This document shows positions 55,550 to 64,000 of a stretch of 64,000 bases of DNA, in pieces; the first letter of the stretch is position 1; the number at the start of each line of letters is the position of its first letter. The notes beneath the pieces were generated by a model. It was not told the origin of the DNA and made no database searches. It saw nothing but the letters and a program-made list of their open reading frames with translations. The stretch is from Candidatus Lustribacter sp. GTDB taxonomy: Bacteria; Vulcanimicrobiota; Vulcanimicrobiia; Vulcanimicrobiales; Vulcanimicrobiaceae. A program made the position numbers and the translations under genes. The stretch covers positions 3,744,001-3,808,000 of the forward strand of contig OZ255842.1 of assembly GCA_965277805.1 (NCBI GenBank). The letters run 5' to 3'.

Positions 55550-55578
55550 TGTCATCCCCAGCTCGTCGAGGGACCGCC
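55550..55578. repeat. REP-like element (degenerate)
   Basis: TGTCATCCCCAGCTCGTCGAGGGACCGCC. Confidence 0.8.
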
Positions 55579-55629
55579 TCGATTCTCGATATAGAGGCAA
55601 TTCGCTACTTCCCCTATAATGAGAACCTG

Positions 55630-56034
55630 ATGACGACGGCGGCGGCTGTGCGTGATGATTCGGCCAAGAGCGCGCGGCTCTCGGGGGCTGCGTTCGAGCT
55701 GTTTCTGGCAATTGCCGAGCTCTGGGGGCTCAGCCCGGCCGAGGCTCGCACTCTGCTCGGGTCGCTGCCGGAGTCGACCTTCTATAAGTACCAGAAGTCG
55801 CCGCGCTCGGCCCATCTCTCGCACGACACGCTGGCGCGGATCTCGCATCTGCTGGCGATCTACAAATCGATCAACCTTCTGCTGCCGCGGGCCGAATCGG
55901 CCGACGCCTGGGTACGCCGGCCGAACGACGCGCCGCTTTTTAAAGGACGCAGCGCGCTCGAGTACATGCTGGGCGGCGAGTTCGAGGACATCGCGGCCGT
56001 GCGCCGCTACCTCGACGCCGAGCGCGGGTGGTAG
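55630..56034 (+). CDS. Xre/MbcA/ParS-type antitoxin
   Basis: W.L...E...LLG, RISHLL.IY, W..RPN..PLF.G..L..M..VRRYLDAERGW; TATAAT at 55615-55620. Confidence 0.88.
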   Translation: MTTAAAVRDDSAKSARLSGAAFELFLAIAELWGLSPAEARTLLGSLPESTFYKYQKSPRSAHLSHDTLARISHLLAIYKSINLLLPRAESADAWVRRPNDAPLFKGRSALEYMLGGEFEDIAAVRRYLDAERGW

Positions 56035-56702
56035 CGCACGAGCGCTGGGCGACCTCCTACCGCGCCGTCGCCTCGAAGTATCCAACCGTCGGAATTTACG
56101 ACCGCATCAGCGATCCGGCGAATCTCGCGACGGTGCTCGAAATCGAGGCGCTCACGAACCCGCGCCTGCGCGAAGAGCTCGCGCCGTACCGCAAGATCCG
56201 GCCCGAGGATGCAATCGCCGGGCCGGGCTCGACACCGATCATGGCGTCCTTTGCGTATTCGGGCGCGAGCCGCTTTTGCGACGGGACGTACGGCGTGTAC
56301 TATGCCGGACGCGAAGAGGAGACGGCGATCGCGGAATCGCGCTACCACACCGAAGCGTTCTTGCGCGCCACGCAGCAGCCGAGTATCGATGTCGACAAGC
56401 GCATTTACGTTGCGGCGATCGAGGGCGATTTCGACGATATTCGCGGGCGGTCGATGCGCTCGAAACTCTACGCAGCGGCGCCGGATGATTATGATTATTC
56501 GCAACACTACGCGCATAAGTTGTATTCCCGCAATCGGGTCGATGGGATCGTGTATAACAGCGTGCGCCGCAGCGGCGGGCAGTGCATCGTGGCCTTCCGC
56601 CCGCGCGTGGTGAGTAAGGCGCACGTTCGCAAACACGTGCAGTTTCGCTGGGACGGCCGGCGGATTGTCGGTGTTACCGATCTCGTAAATATACGCGAGT
56701 AG
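56028..56702 (+). CDS. RES domain toxin (NAD+-consuming, MbcT/ParT-like)
   Basis: SYRAV, SRF.DG.YGVYY, AIAESRYH, GIVYNSVR; overlaps the antitoxin. Confidence 0.88.
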   Translation: MVAHERWATSYRAVASKYPTVGIYDRISDPANLATVLEIEALTNPRLREELAPYRKIRPEDAIAGPGSTPIMASFAYSGASRFCDGTYGVYYAGREEETAIAESRYHTEAFLRATQQPSIDVDKRIYVAAIEGDFDDIRGRSMRSKLYAAAPDDYDYSQHYAHKLYSRNRVDGIVYNSVRRSGGQCIVAFRPRVVSKAHVRKHVQFRWDGRRIVGVTDLVNIRE

Positions 56703-56709
56703 TTTCACT

Positions 56710-56731
56710 TGATCTGAAACTGATCTGAAAC
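56710..56731. repeat. Tandem 11-bp direct repeat, possible regulator site
   Basis: TGATCTGAAAC twice, upstream of the paoABC-like operon. Confidence 0.6.
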
Positions 56732-56819
56732 GAAGCGAACGTGCCACCGCTCTCTTGCAGCCGCGATCGCGGCTGCATTCCGCTCGATTAGTTCGAAGCG
56801 CCAAGGGTAAACGCTCGGC

Positions 56820-57428
56820 ATGCAACGGCTCAACGGCGGCCTTTCTCGCAGGCGGTTCATCGTCGGCACACTCTCACCGGTCATCGTCTCGGGGCTGTCA
56901 TCCGGACGCCTTCTGAGGGTAGCGGAGGCGGCGACCGTAGCGCGCTTACCGGCACGGGGCCCGCAGCCGGTTGCGGTAACGCTCATGGTCAATGGGTCAT
57001 CGCGTCCGGTTCAGATCGAACCGCGGGCGACGTTGCTCGATACGTTGCGCGATACGATCGGTTTAACCGGAACGAAGAAAGGCTGCGATCAGGGGACGTG
57101 CGGCGCATGCACGGTGCTCGTGGACGGCAAGCGCGTCAACTCGTGCCTCACGCTCGCGATCCTAACTGAAGGCCGCCCGATCACCACGATCGAGGGTCTC
57201 GCGAAAGGCACTGAACTCCACCCGGTGCAGGCGGCGTTTCTCGAGCACGACGGATTTCAATGCGGGTACTGCACGCCGGGTCAGATCATGTCGGCCGTCG
57301 GTTTGCTCAGCGAAGGCCGGCCGCTCGACGACGTTAGCGTGCGCGAGTGGATGAGCGGGAACATCTGCCGCTGCGGCGCCTACGCGAACATTCAGGCGGC
57401 CGTCCAATCGGCCGGAGGTCGCGCATGA
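56820..57428 (+). CDS. 2Fe-2S subunit of a periplasmic aldehyde oxidoreductase (PaoA/YagT-like), Tat signal
   Basis: LSRRRFI; GCDQGTCGAC, QCGYC..CRC. Confidence 0.9.
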   Translation: MQRLNGGLSRRRFIVGTLSPVIVSGLSSGRLLRVAEAATVARLPARGPQPVAVTLMVNGSSRPVQIEPRATLLDTLRDTIGLTGTKKGCDQGTCGACTVLVDGKRVNSCLTLAILTEGRPITTIEGLAKGTELHPVQAAFLEHDGFQCGYCTPGQIMSAVGLLSEGRPLDDVSVREWMSGNICRCGAYANIQAAVQSAGGRA

Positions 57429-58408
57429 ATCCGATCGCTTACGCTCGCGCCCAAGACGTCTCGGCCGCGATTGCCACAGCCGAGAGCGACTCGCGCGCCT
57501 ATTACCTCGCCGGCGGGACCAACGTCATCGATCTCATGAAAGATGACGTTGAAGCGCCGTCGATGCTGATCGACATCACCCGTTTGCCGATGCACGATAT
57601 CTCGGCGGATGCCGCCTCGGTGCGGCTCGGTGCGCTCTCGACGATGGCCGACGTCGCGGACGCCCCGGCAGTAAAAACGCATTTCCCGGCCGTCTCGCAG
57701 GCGCTGCTCCAGTCGGCGTCGCCACAGCTTCGGAACATGGCGACGATCGGCGGCAACGTCTTGCAGCGGACGCGTTGCGCGTATTTTCGCGACGTCTCGC
57801 AGCCGTGCAACAAGCGCCGCCCGGGATTGGGATGCTCGGCAATTGCGGGCGAAAACCGGTTTCACGCCGTGATCGGAACGAGTCAGAACTGCATCTGCAC
57901 GCACGCATCGGATTTCGCGGTGGCTCTCATGACGACCGACGCCCGCGTGCATACCCGGACGTCGGCCGGCACCCGCGTCATCGCCTTCGAAAATCTTCAC
58001 GTCCTGCCCGGCGACCGTCCCAATATCGAGACGGTGTTGCGTCCGGGTGAACTCATCGAAGCGATCGAGTTGCCGTTGAGCGATCTTGCCCGCAATTCGA
58101 TCTACGTGAAGGTACGCGATCGCGCGTCGTACGAGTTCGCATTGGTGTCGGTCGCCGCGGCGCTCGATATCTCAGGCGGACGGATCCGGGCTGCGCGGAT
58201 CGCCCTCGGCGGCGTCGCGCCGAAGCCGTGGCGGTTGCACGAGGTCGAGGCGGCGCTGACCGGCGCTCCGGCCGGCGCATCGACATATGCGCGCGCCGCC
58301 GAACTCGCTTCTCGCGGCATGCGCGGTTTCGGAAAGAATGATTTCAAGATCCCGTTGGCGCGCAACACCGTCGAATACGCCCTCGGGCAGGTAGGAGGAA
58401 CCGCATGA
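57425..58408 (+). CDS. FAD subunit (PaoB/YagS-like)
   Basis: AGGTN, QLRNMATIGGN, RTRC.YF..CNKR..C insertion, RDRASYEFA. Confidence 0.92.
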   Translation: MNPIAYARAQDVSAAIATAESDSRAYYLAGGTNVIDLMKDDVEAPSMLIDITRLPMHDISADAASVRLGALSTMADVADAPAVKTHFPAVSQALLQSASPQLRNMATIGGNVLQRTRCAYFRDVSQPCNKRRPGLGCSAIAGENRFHAVIGTSQNCICTHASDFAVALMTTDARVHTRTSAGTRVIAFENLHVLPGDRPNIETVLRPGELIEAIELPLSDLARNSIYVKVRDRASYEFALVSVAAALDISGGRIRAARIALGGVAPKPWRLHEVEAALTGAPAGASTYARAAELASRGMRGFGKNDFKIPLARNTVEYALGQVGGTA

Positions 58409-60612
58409 CCGCCGGCTCGTTGCCGCTCGTCGGCCCAGCGCAGAATCGCGTCGATGGCCCGCTGAAGATCACGGGAGCCGCAAAGTACGCCGCGGACTGG
58501 CGTCCCTCAGGTCTCGTCTATGCCTATATGGTGCAAAGCACGATTGCGAGCGGCCGCATCGCTTCGATCGACGCCGCGGCCGCGCGGCAACAGAGCGGCG
58601 TCATCGACGTTCTGACGCACGAGAATGCGCCCCGCGTCAACGCAAAGCCCGCGAACGAAAACGATCGGACGTTGAACCTTCTGCAAAGCGATGCGGTGCT
58701 CTACGACCGGCAGCCGATCGGCCTCGTCATTGCCGATACGTTCGCTCGTGCGAAGCATGCCGCGTCGCTCGTGCGCGTACGCTACGAAACGGCCCATCCG
58801 CGAACCCGTCTCGCGCAGGGTCAGTTCTACGTTCCCAACAAGATCCACGGGGAAGAATCGGAGACGCATCGCGGCGACCCGGTTTCGGCATTACGTGATG
58901 CGGCGGTGAAGGTCGATGCGGTCTACACGACGCCGGTCGAACATCATAATCCGATGGAGCCGCATGCGACGGTCGCGATGTGGAATGGCGATCGCCTCAC
59001 CGTGTACGACGCCACGCAAGGGGTCGTCGCCGCGCGCGCCAGACTTGCGGGTATCTTCAACGTTCCGCTCGAGAACGTCCACGTCATCGATTCGTTTACG
59101 GGCGGCGGTTTTGGCTCCAAGGGATCGACGTGGTCACACTCGGCGCTCGCCGCGCTGGCTGCAAAGGTCGTCGGGCGTCCCGTGCAATTGGCCATGTGGC
59201 GGCCGCAGATGTGGGGGGGCGTCGGCTTTCGGCCGTCGACCCGTCAGCGGGTCGCGCTCGGCGCCGGGCAGGACGGAAAGCTGCTCGTCCAAGTGCATGA
59301 GACGACATCGCAGACGTCGATGTTCGATGAGTTCGTCGAGCCGTCGGGGACGATCACGACGATGCTCTATGAGTCGCCGTCGCTGCGCGTGACGCACGAG
59401 CTATCGCGGCTCAACTACGGTACGCCGACGTACATGCGCGCTCCGGGGGAATCGACCGGCTCGTTTGCGCTCGAGTCCGCGATGGACGAGCTCGCCTACA
59501 AACTCAACATGGACCCCATCGCGGTGCGGCTCGCAAATTATGCCGAGATGGACCCGACCAAGCGTATTCCGTTCTCGAGCAAATCGCTCCGTGAATGCTA
59601 CAAGCGCGGCGCGGATGCGATCGGATGGAGTTCGCGGAGCGCGGCTCCCCGATCGATGCGCGACGGCCGGTATCTGGTCGGCATGGGGATGGCAACTGCG
59701 TCGTATCCCACCAATCGGTCGAAATCGAGCGCCCGCGGCGAAGCGCGGCCGGACGGCAGCGTCGTGTTCCAGGCGATGGGGGTCGACATCGGCACCGGCG
59801 CCTACACCACGTTCACGTTGATCGCCGCGCAGACGCTGGGGCTGCCGGTGGAACGCGTCACCTTTCAGCTCGGGGATTCGACCTATCCCCAAGCGCCGGT
59901 GGCCGGCGGCTCGCAGCTAACGGCCAGCCTCGGATCGGCAACGCGATTGGCGGCGCTCGACCTGCGCTCGCGCTTGATCGCGCTTGCGGTTGCCGACACT
60001 CGCTCTCCGCTTCACGGGGCCGACCCCGCGGCGGTCGATTTCGCCAACGGCCGGCTTTCGCTCAGTTCGGCGCCGGCGCGCGGCGAAACGTTCGAGGCGT
60101 TGCTCGCGAGGAATGGCGGGACGGCCGTGGCCGGTAGTGCCGATGCCGCCCCGGGACCCGAGAAACAGCAGTACTCGATGCACGCCTTCGGCGCGCAGTT
60201 CGCAATGGTTCGCGTCGATCCGGCCCTCGGCACGGTGCGGCTCGTCAAACAAATCGGCGCGTTCGCGTCCGGCCGCATCATCAATGCAAAGACGGCTCGC
60301 AGCCAATATCTTGGCGGAATGGTCTTCGGCGTGGGGATGGCGCTCCTCGAAGAGTCGCGTCCCGACGAACGCACGGGACGCTTCATGAATGCAAACCTCG
60401 GCGAATATCTCGTCCCGGTGCATGCCGACATGGGCCTGATGGATGCCCTGATCGTCGAGGAAGACGATCCGCACGTCAATCCGATCGGTGTGAAGGGCAT
60501 TGGTGAAATCGGCATCGTCGGTGCGGCGGCCGCGATTGCAAATGCGGTGTATCACGCAACCGGGAAACGGGTTCGCGACTTACCGATCACCCCGGATAAG
60601 CTCTTGACGTAA
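58405..60612 (+). CDS. Molybdopterin subunit (PaoC/YagR-like)
   Basis: HHNPMEPH, GGGFGSKG, YMRAPGE, KGIGEIG. Confidence 0.92.
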   Translation: MTAGSLPLVGPAQNRVDGPLKITGAAKYAADWRPSGLVYAYMVQSTIASGRIASIDAAAARQQSGVIDVLTHENAPRVNAKPANENDRTLNLLQSDAVLYDRQPIGLVIADTFARAKHAASLVRVRYETAHPRTRLAQGQFYVPNKIHGEESETHRGDPVSALRDAAVKVDAVYTTPVEHHNPMEPHATVAMWNGDRLTVYDATQGVVAARARLAGIFNVPLENVHVIDSFTGGGFGSKGSTWSHSALAALAAKVVGRPVQLAMWRPQMWGGVGFRPSTRQRVALGAGQDGKLLVQVHETTSQTSMFDEFVEPSGTITTMLYESPSLRVTHELSRLNYGTPTYMRAPGESTGSFALESAMDELAYKLNMDPIAVRLANYAEMDPTKRIPFSSKSLRECYKRGADAIGWSSRSAAPRSMRDGRYLVGMGMATASYPTNRSKSSARGEARPDGSVVFQAMGVDIGTGAYTTFTLIAAQTLGLPVERVTFQLGDSTYPQAPVAGGSQLTASLGSATRLAALDLRSRLIALAVADTRSPLHGADPAAVDFANGRLSLSSAPARGETFEALLARNGGTAVAGSADAAPGPEKQQYSMHAFGAQFAMVRVDPALGTVRLVKQIGAFASGRIINAKTARSQYLGGMVFGVGMALLEESRPDERTGRFMNANLGEYLVPVHADMGLMDALIVEEDDPHVNPIGVKGIGEIGIVGAAAAIANAVYHATGKRVRDLPITPDKLLT

Positions 60613-60684
60613 TGAGAATCCGGCGGCGCGCGCGTACCGCAAATTAGAGGAGCCGCGCTCGATTGCGCCGCATGTATCCTCTTA

Positions 60685-61035
60685 ATGTCGCGGAAAACCG
60701 CGCTGCGTGTCGATACCGACACTCTCGAACGCCCAGCGCGCGTCCCATCTAAATCTCGCGGTCGCCGGAATTCAGCCGATGGACAACTCGTCGGCGAGGT
60801 GATCGCTATCGCATTCGACCGTTGCGAAGCGGCCGCTGCCGATGCGTCGTGCGGCGCGCGTCCGGATGCGCTGTGCACCGGGTGCGGAACGGCGCGCTGC
60901 CCGGATCACGCGTCCGGCGCTGAGGACGATCGGATCTGTTCGAGTTGCGCTGCGACGCTGCTGATGCTGGCTGACGCGCCGTTCGACGCGGTGCTCGATA
61001 CGCGGATGCGGCTAGTTAAGGTCCCGCGCTTCTAA
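60685..61035 (+). CDS. Small hypothetical protein with B-box-like Cys/His cluster
   Basis: C..C..CTGC....CPDH........CSSC. Confidence 0.55.
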   Translation: MSRKTALRVDTDTLERPARVPSKSRGRRNSADGQLVGEVIAIAFDRCEAAAADASCGARPDALCTGCGTARCPDHASGAEDDRICSSCAATLLMLADAPFDAVLDTRMRLVKVPRF

Positions 61036-61131
61036 CATAGGGCCGCGCGATGTGGCTCGCTTGCGGTACGGGCCACATCACTTCTTAGCCCGCGGGTGTG
61101 AATTGCCCACTGCAGTGACGACATCGTACAG

Positions 61132-62620
61132 ATGCCGCTTTACAGATTCTTGGCATTCCTGTGCGCCCCCATTGTTGCCTCCATCGCAGCGTGCGGGGGC
61201 AGGTCGTCCGAGTTGCCGTCCAACGGGGCGGCAATTACTTCACGCACATTGCTGCCGTCGAACGTAAGCTCGAGTACGAAATGTTTTGGCAGTGAGAATT
61301 ACCAGTTGACATACGAGATGAGTTCACGAATCTCGTCGCCGGCAACTACCAGTTCGCCTACCCCTGGGTCCTTACAACCTTTCCGGTGGGGGTGACGACT
61401 ATTATCAAGCTTCCCGAGTTTCCATCACGCATTGGGCCTTTCGCTCGCGGCGGTACCGGCACCCCGCCCTTATCCGACCGACGGCAACGGCCACACGTTC
61501 GATTATCTAAGCGGGATGATATCGACATATCCCCACGAGATTCCGCAGTATGGTTACGTAGAAGCATCTATCGCAATGCCCACCGGCCAAGGTACCTGGC
61601 CTGCGTTCTGGATGCTCGATTCGTACGGAAGCGGCGCTGAAACCGACATCGTGGAACATCTCGACGCTGATGCTTGGATTCAGCAGACGCTGCACTATGT
61701 CGGAGGCGCGACCACCACCACGCAAATATCGCCAGCCGGGTCGATGACGGCAATATCATAGCTACGGCGTGCTTTGGACGCCTCTTACCCACACTTTTTA
61801 CACGGATGGCGTGCCCGAAACAACGTATCCCTCAGTTGACGCCGTTCATGGTAACTACATGATGCTCTCTATGCAAATCGGCACCGCGATATCGTGGCCG
61901 GCGCACCCCAATGCATCGAGTACATGGCCCCAGACCATGAGCGTGCGTTACCTGCGCGTCTATCAATCCAACTCAACGCCGTGCTCAACAAGCTTAGGGC
62001 GCAGATTTGAATGGCTTAGCCTTCTGGCTAGACGCCTCCGATCGGTCGGTGATTACCACATCGAGTAGCGGGAACGTAACGCAGGTCCTCGATAAGAGCA
62101 GCAATGGCATCGCTCCAAAGCGGACCGAATTTCCAACCAAAAGCAATGGCCGGTCCGACTGTTTCGAGCGGCGCGTTGAATGGCCTCAACAAACGCTGCG
62201 CTTCGGCGGTGGCACCGAAGCCTTAGTCAGCCAGCCGAGAACCGGCAGCGCGCTGACGGCTGCGACCATATTACTCGTATTTTCCCAAGACGCTTCGGCG
62301 AACAAAGGCAACATCTTCACTCTAGCCAAGGACGCGTTCGGGGGAAACGGAATAAATGGCCTTAATACGACGCGTCCTACGGTTCTCAAAGCGCGCTTAC
62401 GGGCATTTGGCTGTTGGGCGCGACGGTCCCACTGGCCCCGGCGTATACAGATTGGATGTACGGGCTTAGCGTACCGTTCGGTACGTACAGCCTTCAAAGC
62501 TACGTCATCCCGACAACGGGCGCCGCAGAGTCATACGTAAATGGGCTCCTCGCAGGGTCGCAGATGGTCGTCCCAGGGACAATGAGCAATGAACGCTATA
62601 CCGTTGCGACGGACTGGAAC
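61132..62620 (+). pseudogene. Multiply frameshifted GH16 glycoside hydrolase lipoprotein with LamG-like C-terminal domain
   Basis: Fragments in different frames: IAACGG lipobox, YQLTY/DEF, YGYVEA..WPAFWML..ETDIVE, YHSYGVLWTP, YLRVYQ, FWLDASD..DKSSNG, YVNG. Confidence 0.75.
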
Positions 62621-62901
62621 AGCTTGGATTACGAACATAAGCGACAAGAGCGGCGTCAACTCGCTGTGCGATTCGGTAGAGCTCAAGCCCGCGTACATCG
62701 ATGGAACCCACGAGGGTGTAGCGATAAGGCTTCCGACGCCTCGACCGTGAACTTGCCCGAAAGCTCGGGATGGTTGTAAACAATTACGTCTAGATCGTCA
62801 CCAGCATGAACCGCTGCTAATGCAGACGTGCACAGCATCAGCGTGAGACTAACTGCGAAAAACGCGCGAACCAGAATTTGCGAGAAGTTCGGTGCTTGCA
62901 T
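62620..62901 (-). pseudogene. Truncated, frameshifted polysaccharide export (Wza/Poly_export) gene
   Basis: Signal peptide + GDDLDVIVYNHPELSGKFTV..LSL, continuing in another frame as LVGSIDVRGL..IAQRV..YVRNP. Confidence 0.7.
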
Positions 62902-63761
62902 CAGGTTGTTGCCAATCTTCTGGACTCAGAAAGAAAGTTTCTGTGCGCCCTAACGACGTCGGGCACTTGCAACAATAGTGCGCAGCTTACGAAAAGCACA
63001 ATAGCCCAAATGGGTGGTGCTACCGTAGACGCAAAGAAAATCACGCAATTGTGGATGAACACTTCCACCCTCCAACGCGACGCCACAAGAATTATTAGCA
63101 CGAACTTATTCGCTGAACGAGTGGGCCTGCTTGAGCGCGTGTTTAAACAAGATGCCGATGAGCGCTGTTCCTAACGCGTCGCCGGCTGAAACCGCGATGA
63201 ACCCGCGCGTTGCCCACTACGAACGTCGTCGTGCAACGGATACCACTTCAGTGCGGGTACGCGAAGCACAATACTCGGCGCTTACAAGCATTAACGCGTC
63301 GTGCGAGGTGAAGACATCATTTATGGAAGTGCAGCGGACGCACGAAGCAACGCATTTTCTCAATGACGAGGGTACCCGCTTACTGCCGGAAATCGAGCTT
63401 CTAGTGCGCCCATGATCGATGACATGGAACGCGCACTGGTTTCCACCGCTCCTGTTGCTCGCCGGCGGTGGCGCGATGCGTCTTCTCCATTAGTGAGCGC
63501 GCGCGAGAGTCTGTTCGCGCTCGTCGTCGAGGCCGATCGCAACGAACATTGCAAAGCGCTAAAGGCCTCACTTCTTTGCTATGTTCGGTGATCTCTCGTT
63601 ACAAAATTTCCCGTGTGTACCATGGGTAAGCGCTTCTTGAGCAAGCACGGGCCCTCGGCATCAGACTTCAGGGCGGAAATGGGATTTGCCGCGCAAGCAG
63701 CGAGCGTTCGGATCTCAGGAGCGCGAAAAAGGCGTCCCACCGCGAGAGCGTTGACAGAAGG

Positions 63762-64000
63762 CTAGCCTGCCCGGAAGGTGCCCCGCGGAACACAGCGGCC
63801 GACGCTCTCAAATGAGCTTATGCGATCGGCGTTGCACTCCCGCCGAACGATACGTTTTCTGGCTCCGCCTTCGCGGGTCGCATTGCGGACCAATCGAGGA
63901 TCTTTGCGATCATTGTAGCGCGATTGTGCGATGCTGCTTTTTGCAAGCAGTGCCTTGATGTGACCTTGAGCGGTGCATTCGGCGATGCTCAAGGCGCGCG
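63762..64000 (-). pseudogene. Possible LuxR-type HTH C-terminal fragment running off the window edge
   Basis: LSIAECTAQGHIKALLAK resembles L.IS..TV..H...I..K. Confidence 0.35.

Noticed and set aside
7-55578. CRISPR array from the recurring ~28-nt repeat
   Set aside because: Copies are dispersed in both orientations without regular spacers, and there are no cas genes.
1-64000. tRNA, rRNA, integrase or transposase genes
   Set aside because: No cloverleaf/T-loop signature in the short intergenic regions and no ORF with recombinase or DDE/HUH motifs; visual inspection only.

Overview
A GC-rich, gene-dense bacterial chromosomal segment with no rRNA, tRNA, CRISPR array or transposase that I can see. 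sepF/divIVA and csaB/DUF5693 together with a probable outer-membrane beta-barrel and flagellar rod genes suggest a diderm Terrabacterium, possibly Vulcanimicrobiota/Eremiobacterota (inference only). Housekeeping genes (yggS-sepF-divIVA, lgt, ccdA, lspA, rluD, tgt, ileS) alternate with aromatic/heterocycle catabolism genes: FAD monooxygenase, UbiD, an orphan Mo-hydroxylase large subunit, FAH hydrolase, paired cupins, two Rieske oxygenases, a class III extradiol dioxygenase, meta-cleavage-type hydrolases, an OphC-like protein and TauD. There are seven solute-binding proteins but only one ABC ATPase/permease pair, plus an Xre/RES toxin-antitoxin pair, a PaoABC-type aldehyde oxidoreductase and a decayed lower-GC region in the last 3 kb. 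Strongest leads: (1) an 8-gene catabolic operon with an apparently split gentisate-dioxygenase-like bicupin (one half with His ligands, one without); (2) a ~126-nt structured RNA bounded by a promoter and terminator upstream of DUF5693-csaB; (3) a 10-copy REP-like family, several copies of which are translated inside genes; (4) recurrent leaderless promoters; (5) a FliA-like sigma factor with altered promoter-recognition residues; (6) single-arginine Tat-like signal peptides on solute-binding proteins. All family calls come from motif recognition by eye, not database searches.
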